DNA of 64,000 nucleotides, taken from the NCBI RefSeq assembly GCF_006345805.1, contig NC_043006.1, positions 55,862,001-55,926,000 on the forward strand, read 5' to 3'. This document shows positions 53,955 through 64,000 of the stretch, one piece after another (the stretch's first letter is position 1; each line of letters begins with the position of its first letter). Source of the stretch: Octopus sinensis (Eukaryota). The notes below the pieces were generated by a model. It had not been told where the DNA came from and ran no database searches. It was given only the letters and a program-made list of their open reading frames with translations. The position numbers and the translations under genes are program-made.

Positions 53955-56052
53955 TCAAATGCTGTTTGATCAATCTATTCACGTGATCTGGGCTAACTGA
54001 TGGAGAATCTGCGCGCGCGCGCGCGTGTGTGTATACATACATACAGTACGTGAATGAGATTTCCCAAAGAAAAGGGTCCTAATCCCGAATATTGAAATAC
54101 AAGGTAAACGTACAAATCGTGAACTTGTATTATTTCTTGTAAAGTCTGATATTTATTTTATCGGTCTTGTCTGCCGAACTGCTAAGTTTCGGAGACGTAA
54201 ACACACCGATACCAGTTGTCAAGCGGTAGTGGGGAACACATGCACACACACACACACACATGTATGTATGTATGTGTGTATGTATGTATGTATGTATGTA
54301 TGTATGTATGTATGTATGTATGTATCTATCTATCTATCTATCTATCATGAGCTGAAACTACAGAAGAAAAAAGAAAAAACGCATATATATATACTTTTCT
54401 TTTATTCATTTACTTGTTTAAGTCATTTGATTGTGACCATGCTGAAGGGTTTTAGTTGAACAAATCGACTTCAGGGCTTACTTTTTAAGCCTAGTACTCA
54501 TTCTGTCGTTTTTTGCCGAACTGCTAAGTTACGGGGACATAACACACTAACACTGGTAGTCAAGCGGTGATGATGGACAGAAACGCACACACACACACAT
54601 ACACACACGCGCGCGCGCGCAGTGGTACCTTGGGCAAGTGCCTGCTACTATAGCACTAAGTACTAGGCCTAAAACATAAGACGTGGTGTCGATTTGTTCG
54701 ACTAAAACCCTTCAAGGCGGTGCTCCAGCTCGGCCGCAGTCAAATGACTGAAACAAGTAAAACATTAAAAGAATTGAATATATACACATGTGCAAGCGTG
54801 GTTGTCTGATAAGAGGTTTCTCTCTCAACTACATGGCTCTGGGATCAGTCCCACTACGTAACACCTTCGGCATGTATCTTTAGTCTCGAGCTGACCAAAG
54901 AGTGGTTTTGGTAAACATAAACTGAAAGAAGCCCACTAACCACTTTTTCTTTTAATCTCTCAGCCTCTTATTTATATTTTACATATACCGCGTCCTCGCT
55001 TTGTTGTTTTTTCTTTTTGTCTTTTTTCTCCGTTTTTTTTATTTATTATCACTTATATAAAATCTGTCTGTCTCTGTGTGTGTTTTCTAGGATCTCGGGC
55101 ATCCTCCATCCGATTGCGCTCAAATTTGATATGTAGATACCGACGGTATCAGGGCGTGGATAAATTTTTTAAAAATTACAAAAATCGATTCCAGGTGAGA
55201 ATGCGGTCGATAAAGCCGTGGGAACGTGAATTTGCACGCGCAAGTACATCAGCTGTTGCAATCGATACTACGCATACGTGAGAAAAATGCACGTGCAGTT
55301 TGCGCAAAAAAAGCCGGCTGGCTTGAAATAATGCCACAAAATGTGACGGTCGGGCAAGTTGTTTTGAGAAAATTTGGTTTAAATGTTTGACAACTCAGCA
55401 CCGTCCATTGCTCGTATGTATATATGTATGTACGACAATATAGCGAGGGGAAAGGCCATGTAGGGAAGGAAGATGATCAGCTGACAGTTGTATCCGTTGT
55501 GAAATACATGCTTTGACATATTCTACTTTGCATATGGATAAGAAGGAAAATCTCTTATCAGTGCGAATTAAATAAAACAATTAGCTAGTGATTGAGTGTG
55601 TGGAGTATCTCTTTTCTTTTCTTTTTTTTTTGGAGGTGGGGATTTAAGTTTCTCTATGGACAGTTTAAAAAATATATTTTGGAGATAAATGTTGATAATG
55701 GTGCAGAACCGTTACGATGTAAGTGATTGTCGGACACACAGACACAGACAAACATACACACGCATGTACGACGGGCTTCCTTCAGTTTCCGCCCATCAAA
55801 TGAACTCACAAGGCTTTGGTCGGCCCTAGGCTATAGTAGAAGGCACTTGCTCAAGGCGTCACGTAGTGGGTTGAACCCGGAGCTCTAAGGTTGGGAAGCA
55901 AGCTTCTTACCATACATCTACTACTGCGCCTATGTACTTATATGTATATGTGTGTATGTGTGTATGTGTATGTGTGTCTGTTTGTATGTGTGTGTATGTC
56001 TGCATGCTTTTATGTATATCTGTGTTTGTGTGTATATATAAAGAGAGAAATG

Positions 56053-56283
56053 AAGGCGGCGAGCTGGCAGAAACGTTAGCGCGCCGGGCGAAATGCGTAG
56101 CCGTATTTCGTCTGCCGTTACGTTCTGAGTTCAAATTCCGCCGAAGTCGACTTTGCCTTTCATCCTTTCGGGGTCGATAAATAAAGTACCAGTTTCGCAC
56201 TGTGGTCGATGTAATCGACTTAATCCCTTTGTCTGTCCTTGTTTGTCCCCTTTATGTTTAGTCCCTTGTGGGTAGAAAAGAAC
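56053..56283 (+). mobile_element. SINE family 2, alpha tail
   Basis: Highly similar to 25461-25697. Confidence 0.9.
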
Positions 56284-56412
56284 TATAAAGAGAGAAAGCC
56301 ATTTTAAATACTATTAAGTTATATATCTTATAACAAAGGCTTGGCTATGTTTGAGCTCGTTCGTTTTATTAAGGATTTTCATAATTACTTTTTACTCCCT
56401 TATGCTTATATA

Positions 56413-56803
56413 GGCGCAGGAGTGGCTGTGTGGTAAGTAGCTTGATTACTAACCACATGGTTCGGGTTCAGTGTATTGGGCAAGTGTCTTCTACTATAGC
56501 CTCGGGCCGACCAAAGCCTTGTGAGTGGATTTAGTAGACGGAAACTGAAAGAAGCCCGTCGTATATATGTATAATATGTGTGTGTGTGTGTTTGCCTGTG
56601 TTTGTCCCCCAACATCGCTTGACAAGCGATGCTGGTGTGTTTACGTCCCAGTCACTTAGCGGTTCGGCTAAAGAGACCGATAGAATAAGTACTAGGCTTA
56701 CAAAGAATAAGTCCTTGGGTCGATTTACTCGACTAAAGGCGGTGCTTCAGCATGCTCCAGCATGGCCGCAGTCAAATGACTGAAACAAGTAAAAGAGTAA
56801 AGA
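56413..56803 (+). mobile_element. SINE family 1
   Basis: Complete head and tail. Confidence 0.9.
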
Positions 56804-57133
56804 GGAACAATAGCATCTCTAAATATATTAACCCATTAACTTTTCAGGGCCTTTTTGTAATAATGATATATTAGTGTACTTTGTAGTAGGTCGCAAAGGG
56901 TCAGAGGAGCACTACAGTGATCAATAAAATCGTCAACACTAGATTTAAAGATTATATTACTTTTAAGTTCTGGCAGATTCCATATTTTTTTAAGTGTGGT
57001 TCATTTCTGTGTTAATTTTTGGTTTGTATTTTACTCCTATTATAAAACTTAGATATGTTTCGACCAAAGATTGTTCCAGGTCATGTCTAACTTAATAGCA
57101 CCACCTGATAGGATTATCTAAATCCTCTTTAAG

Positions 57134-57560
57134 TCAAGTTTTGTTTATGGTCCATTCAAGTTTTGAGTTCTTGTTGAGTGAGTTGTATCCAGATACAGGC
57201 TTATCCGGTATTCCTAGAAGAAATCTGTCCAGACTCCGTTTAAAGTTGATGGGATCCTTTTCCTCTTTGATCTCTTTCGGGACAATGTTAAACAGGGCAT
57301 GGCCTGTTGAGGAAAAGAAATTATGTTGCAGTGTACCTATATGCTGTGATCCTGAATTGGGCAGGGGACGTATGGCCCGTGGTCCCAACCTTGGATGAAC
57401 CTTGAAACTAATATAACTTCCAAAATTAGTCTTCACACTTTTTGACAAATTCTGTATAAAATTTGCGTAAATATTTTTGTGAATATTCTATGTACGAGTT
57501 CCTGGTCTGCTGTATATATTGTGTTCTCTCTTGTAGTAGCTTTAGTGACATATTAATACA
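57134..57560 (-). mobile_element. CR1/L2-type LINE ORF2 3' remnant
   Basis: HNFFSSTGHALFNIVPKEI..FKRSLDRFLLGIPDKP..YNSLNKNS is a typical C-terminus. Confidence 0.65.
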
Positions 57561-59010
57561 TTTTGTAACTGGAGAGCATTTAGTTTTGTAGAATAAGATA
57601 TGTATGATTTATGTATTCTTAGTAGATACTGCTCATATTGCGCCCCTGTCGTTGAAGTATTTCTTGTATCTGGTTACAATGTTGTCGAATATGTTATTAA
57701 ATCTCATAAAGCAGGATGTAACATGCATTACACCTAAACACTTACTCATAGTTATAATATATATAAGCAACCTCAAAGTAGTTAACCACAGAATGTACTT
57801 TAAACAAACAAATTTATAAGCAAATTTCAATGGAAATATGAAATTGCACTCTTCTTGTATGGTACACGCTAGTATGATACTTTTTGGTCAACTTTTGTAG
57901 AAAGTACCTTTACAAAAAGAAGCCATCGCAACACATTATAATGCTAACTTTATCTAGCAGGACTAAAATGAATTTTTATATAAAATTCCACAAGTGTGAA
58001 TTTTAACTGTTGAGAGCTTTATTAATAGCAAAACACAAACCAGAAATCAACATGCACACGTGTAAAATACATTATATCTACATTTGGTGAGCAACACGAC
58101 AATTCACCATCTTTCATTCTAATGAAAATGAACGTCGTAATAAAGTGTTAATGGACTAAATGATTTAGGAACATTATGGCACTAAACTGAATATCGAGGA
58201 CTAATAAAAAATATGAAAAATTCTTAATAAAAAGCGATTCGAGCTCAGAGTTATGCCTTTAATACCATGTTTGAAAGAAAACGAAAAACAGCGCTTATGA
58301 CAAACTCTAGAATCTGATGTGAAGAAGGGAAAATATTTCCTTCAGACTGGCGACTAGCCTGAATACTTGCATCTAAGTGGGTTCCACTAAGGGCACACAT
58401 AGGTCACGTGGTGGTGTTAAACTGGGAGACAGATTAAGTCCGCCGTCCATTCACAAACAATTGTCTCAACGATGGGATTTCCCACAGTTTCCATTTGATG
58501 AAGTATTACTCAGACGCTTTTTAAAACTCAAGGTCTTGCCAGAAGATACTTTCCCACTGTGCCGGGCAATATGATTGAAGACAGAACTATATTAACCACA
58601 CAGCCAAACCAATATGTTGAAGTCTCTTATTTAACACTGATACAACGCCCAAGCTTCTACTTCTATGCATCCGTATAGTGTCGTTCGAAACAATGAATAA
58701 AAGGATTTCATAGAAGGATTGAATGAATTCCAGTCATTATATCTATTATATTAGCTTGGTAAGTACTAACTAAATGACTGAAAGACTTCCAGTTGTATGT
58801 ATATTAACACGATATGTCTATTCTATTTGGAGATGTAGGACTATACTAAGGGCCAAGATGACATTTTCTAGACTTATAACTCTTTATTACGAAGAAGTGG
58901 ATTATTTTCAGCGAAAGGTTTACAAATATAGTGACTATCAAGTATTACACCATCTCTAGCCTATTGGATATATGTTGTCAGAATATACGTCAATATTGTA
59001 TTATTCTTTA

Positions 59011-59221
59011 GACGGTGAACTGGCAAAATCATTAGCTCGTCAGATAAAATGCTGCTAAGCATTTCTTCAGTCTTTACGTTCTGAGTTCGAATTCCGCCGA
59101 GGTCCACTTGGCCTTTCATCCTTTCGGAGTCGATAAAACAAGAATCAATTGAGCACTGGGATCAATATAATCAATTTAGCCTTGCCCCGAAGTTGCTGCC
59201 CTTGCGCCAATATTTGAAACC
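59011..59221 (+). mobile_element. SINE family 2, gamma tail
   Basis: Family 2 head and body; ends GCTGCCCTTGCGCCAATATTTGAAACC. Confidence 0.75.
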
Positions 59222-61399
59222 AGTACTGTATCATTTCTGGACTATACTTTAGTCTTTTATGGTTAAATAGATACCATCACTCCATCTGCGCTGTAACGAT
59301 AATTCCTGAAGATATTTCAGAACGCATTATACAATGCGTCCTTCGTTTTGGGGGGCTGATTGAATGTGATATAACAATTATATATGACTTGTATTTTTAG
59401 GATGTCTAGTGACCATATAGATTATTCGCTTGGTCATTTGACGTAGTAGTTACCCCGTTGGTTCCGCGATATCGGTTTTATTCGGAAGAAGTTAAAGATG
59501 ATGTAATATAAGCCGATGAAATTGTGTATAAATGGGCAAAAGTCTTACTGTAAATGGATCTCAGCTGTGACAATGTCAGTTGTAAACAGATCCATCCCAC
59601 ATAAACTGAGGACTTGAAGGCTTGCAATTAATTCTCAAACATGTCTAGTCTGGGTAACATTCTTGAAATCTGCAAAACCTTCCACATTATTCAGTCTAAA
59701 GTGACACGAATACACACACACACACACAGAGACACACACACAGACACACACATACACACACATACACACACGCACACACACACACAAGCGTGCATGAAAA
59801 GTTACATATGCACGGGCACGCAAACACACACACACACACAACCGCGACACCACGCGCACGGGCGTGTTCACACATAGACACAAATATATTTAGAATACTA
59901 ATACCCGTTGGGTTATAAATATGCGCAGTGTCACATCCATATGTTTAATATATGTCTAATATGTAAAATAAACACATATTAGTCTCGCTATGAAAGTCCT
60001 CGTGGTTATAAATATAGGTTTAACAAACATATGTTTGTGATTCAGCATATGCACACAGACGTACACACACTCGCGCACGCGCGCACATGCGCATACACGC
60101 ACGAATATTTATGTGCACAAACGAATTAAAAGAACACACAATACAGGAAATAGATTATATATTTATTGGGAAACAGGCAGTTACTCCTTCTGTCGTTATT
60201 CAAAGTTCACACATTGTTCGTAGGGCGCATACGAGGTTGGTTTTCATTGGAGAAATCTTGGTCACGCGGTAGGAATCTGTGTAAATTGTGTTGCTATTCT
60301 TTTTGTGCAACTGTGATGTAGGAGGAAGCAAACCTTACCGAGATTATCGTCATCAGCGATATTAGTTTGAGATTGGAACTTCCTAAAACCAATTTTTATG
60401 TATACAGTATAGATAGACTGTTTCAGAATTCCGTACATCAGTGGTGCGCAGTGACAAACGACTACGCAAATAAGATATAATCTTTATAAGAATTTATCAA
60501 GTAGTTAGCGTGAAAAACCTCATAAGTGAAAAATCCATCAATTTTTCTCTTAAATATAATTATTTATATTGAGGGCATTACTTTCGACTTTAAGAGTAGC
60601 TCCTAGCGTGTGGCATTTATGTATAGTAATGCCCTAAATATAAACAAATTATACTATATTTGAATAGATAGGAAAAAGAAAGAAGATTGGGTTATAAAAT
60701 CAGAAACTAAACGAGTAACGAAAATTATGAAAATTTAGCCACGAATAAAACATTTACACGGATATGGCCATATGAACTACTTAGATCGAGTGTCTGGAGA
60801 ATGTTGATCACCGTGGCTCTTTCCACATTCACACTTACAGAATAGTTAAAGAGAGAAAAACTAAAAACGGAAAATACTCTGTAATATTTGAATTTTAACC
60901 GACTACTCAGTGGCTTAAAAGTAAAAGAATTTATTTAATACATTAAAATTCATCATACGCAATCTTCTTTGCCTGTCTATCCGTTTCTTATTTCTGGACA
61001 TACATTTTATCTCCTGAACTGAACAAATGTGGTATAATTTACGTTACCATTCAACTTTCATCAAAGATGAAGCATAGGATGCTGGAACAGTCTTCCTTTA
61101 GATATAGATTCATTGTCGAAAGTATGAATATATATTGCTATATTTAAGTATTTTCCATATGTCTCTCTTAATGCATGAAAACCTAATAATCCAATCGCAA
61201 GAATATGTACATACATACATACATGCATGAATACATACATACATACATACATACATACATACATACATGCATATATACATATGTGTGTGCACTCGTAACG
61301 TAACACACACTCATACTAATTTATATATATATATATATATATACATACATACACACACACATACACACATACGTGTCATCATCGCACACATCCACACAC

Positions 61400-61740
61400 A
61401 CACGCACACGCAGACCTCCGCCCACGCACACATCCGCACTTACACACACATTCCCCCTCCTACATTCCGCTGTCTTTGACCATACTACTCTTCTGTCTTT
61501 GAAAACATCTTTCTTCACCCTTTCTCCTTCCGGTCTTTCAAAATGTGACCTCGTGTGTACCGTTGGCGATTTTTTCCTTTGTCTTCCTTCTCTGGATCTT
61601 TCCTTCTCCTATGTTTCCGACGAAGAGCTCCGCTCGAAACGTTAAACCCTCCTTCTTCCCTTCTTTCCTGAGCGTCCAATAATACTATATTTGTTCCACG
61701 TCCTCGCGTTGTTGTGTTTTTTTGTGTTTTCTTGTTTATA
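61400..61740 (+). mobile_element. Neptune-related PLE 3' tail with hammerhead at 61613-61647
   Basis: GTTT-CCGACGA-A-GAGC[TCC]GCTC-GAAA-CGTT-AAAC; downstream TTCCTGAGCG..TTCCAC..TCG matches 18587-18640. Confidence 0.7.
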
Positions 61741-61788
61741 TAACTTTATATAAATATATATATATAGATATATAGATATATATATATA

Positions 61789-62470
61789 TTTATATTATAT
61801 AGAGGGTACTATTATTCATAGATACCGACACGCTAGGAGGGACCCTTGCAGTCAAAACTACTAAAATAAACAAATTTTACCGAATGCAAAACTTCAAACA
61901 AGTCATTTAAAAACAGAATTTAGTTACATATCACCTGTGATTTCGCAATCAATGCAGAATATGCATTCTATGCTCTTCAGTGCAACGAACTCAAGACATG
62001 TAAGGAAAAAACACAATATAGCATACCCGACAACCAACCGTAGAATTCGTCGTAGTATGTACGAATGTTTATCTTTACATATCTATGAAAATGGCGGGCT
62101 TATTCGCAATGCATTTCGGTAACAATCTCTCTATTCGGAACAAAATTTCAGTATTGAGGGTGAAAAATATGAATTTAAAATTAAGGATAAAATCTTTATA
62201 AGAAATTATCAGTAGTTAGCGTGAAAAACCTCGTAAGAGAAAAAATCTGTAAATGTTTCCACTTTGAAAATATTTATTTATATTATATAGAGGGTACTAT
62301 TATTCATAGGTACACACACGCTAGGAGGTATCCTTGCAGTCAAAACTACTAAAATAAACAAATTTTACCGAATGCAAAACTTCAAAGCAAGTCATTTAAA
62401 AACAGAATTTAGTTACATATCACCTGTGATTTCGCAATCAATGCAGAATATGCATTCTATGCTCTTCAGT
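61789..62470. repeat. ~190 bp near-identical direct repeat (61789-61982 and ~62278-62470)
   Basis: Seen directly; the segment upstream of copy 2 also resembles 60480-60580. Confidence 0.9.
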
Positions 62471-63648
62471 TTTTGTCTCTTGGGTCCAGTGGGGGTTGTT
62501 GTCTGTGGTAATAGTTTTTACACACAATGAGTCCTCACTGAATTCAGGACTTTGGTCTGCTTGCAGTTCAGCAATATTGTTCACAATAAGTGAAATTGTT
62601 TTCTCATTGTGAGAAGTATAGTTTGGGAGCGTATCCTGACACCAAAAGTTGTTAACTTTTTGTGAATAGTGTTTGTTTTTACAACAACGTTTACCAATAA
62701 TTGGAAAGCTGTATTACATGTGGAGAAGTTCAGGTTCTAATCGGAGTACCTGAAAGATCTATTACTGTGTATGTTTGTGTGTGCATGGGTGTGGGAGTGA
62801 AAGAGAGAGAGAGAGACGGAGAAAGTGTATAAGTGAAAGTGAGTGTGGTCATGTATGTTTAAGTGACACTCACTCGGTCTCTTTCTCTCTCCCTCTCTCT
62901 CTGCCTCACACACACTCATCTTTCATATATACATACATGAATACATATGCATAGATATTTTTCTTTTATATGCGTGAGTGTGCTGTGTATGTGAGAGATT
63001 GAGTGAGTGACTGTATTTCCTCATAACATATAGAGAAATGGATGTCTTTTAAGGTACACACTCATATAGAAAATGTGACGTCCTCGTCCTCGTCGTTGAC
63101 GTCGTGGTATAAAATGCTTACGATAGTTGATTTATAAAAAACGATTATAATGTAAAATTTTTGTAATGCAAATATGTAAATGGAAATAAAGTTTTATTTC
63201 ATAGTAGTAAGATTACTGAATCTATTGGTGGCCTATACGTCAAAATCGGCAACAAACTCTCTTTCATAAATACGGAAGACGTCCCTGTCTGTGGTTCTTT
63301 CTGTCTGTCTTTCACATTCCCTATATCTATCACTTCCCGTCTTCTCTCCTTCCCTGATATCAGCCACACTTAAAATGCCACATTTTCCTGAACATAAGAG
63401 TTTTGCACCCCTCTCATTTTATCATGTAATAGCCCAAACCCCGTAGTCGGTCCATTATCGATTTTATTGAAATCCAATTAGCCTATAATTGAACTAGGTG
63501 TTAGTTCAACATGTATGCAAAGTCTGGTGAAGATTGGTTCTCAAGATGATAACAGACAGACAGAAATTGGCATATATATATATATATATATATATAGGAA
63601 ATATTGAATTTCTAAATCTCTCGTAGAGACATGTACGGTGGTGGGGCG

Positions 63649-63742
63649 ATAGAATGGTTGTATACTGTCAATCTAACAAGAACGTGACAGTAGGTGGTGT
63701 ACCCCCTACTGTCACGTTCTTGTTAGATTGACAGTATACAAC

Positions 63743-63750
<8 letters not shown>
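63649..63750. repeat. Perfect 46-bp inverted repeat with a 10-nt spacer
   Basis: 63649-63694 is the exact reverse complement of 63705-63750. Confidence 0.95.
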
Positions 63751-63812
<62 letters not shown>

Positions 63813-64000
63813 GGTGAGTCAAAATGTAATATCATTTTGCTTAGGACAGGTATAATTACGAACACAGGAATATGAATCATGCATCAAAATGAAGCTGGTT
63901 CTCTTGAATTACATCTCTGCTTCTCACCATAGTCATCGTTTCTCTCAATAGTAATGTTCCACCTTCGAATGAGAGCATGTATCCCTGTCTTGTAAAATTC

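Noticed and set aside
62440-62712. Stop-free minus-strand frame of ~90 codons (FPIIGKRCCKNKHYSQKV..) in unique sequence, a possible host exon
   Set aside because: No recognisable domain, no clear splice donor and no supporting exons; needs RNA-seq

Overview
AT-rich eukaryotic DNA, dense in microsatellites and transposons. The SINE families and repeat load resemble octopus (cephalopod) genomes; this assignment is an inference. I can support no host protein-coding gene, and most ORFs in the supplied track are microsatellite translation artefacts. The only long intact ORF (15604-18246) belongs to a ~4 kb Neptune-type Penelope-like element (PLE; RT plus GIY-YIG). The window also holds remnants of other PLE clades (Naiad-like, Penelope/Poseidon-like), of R4/Dong-like, RTE-like and CR1/L2-like LINEs, two ORF1-like (gag-knuckle type) fragments, mariner/maT/Tigger remnants, Helitron/Helentron-type non-autonomous elements, and many tRNA-derived SINEs. 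The most notable unannotated signal is a set of minimal type-I hammerhead ribozyme motifs from at least six sequence families. One sits in a four-copy tRNA-headed SINE (tRNA head, (AAT)n, hammerhead tail) with PLE-style inverted 5' junctions. This is a candidate Penelope-mobilised, ribozyme-bearing SINE whose AAT tract also receives other insertions.
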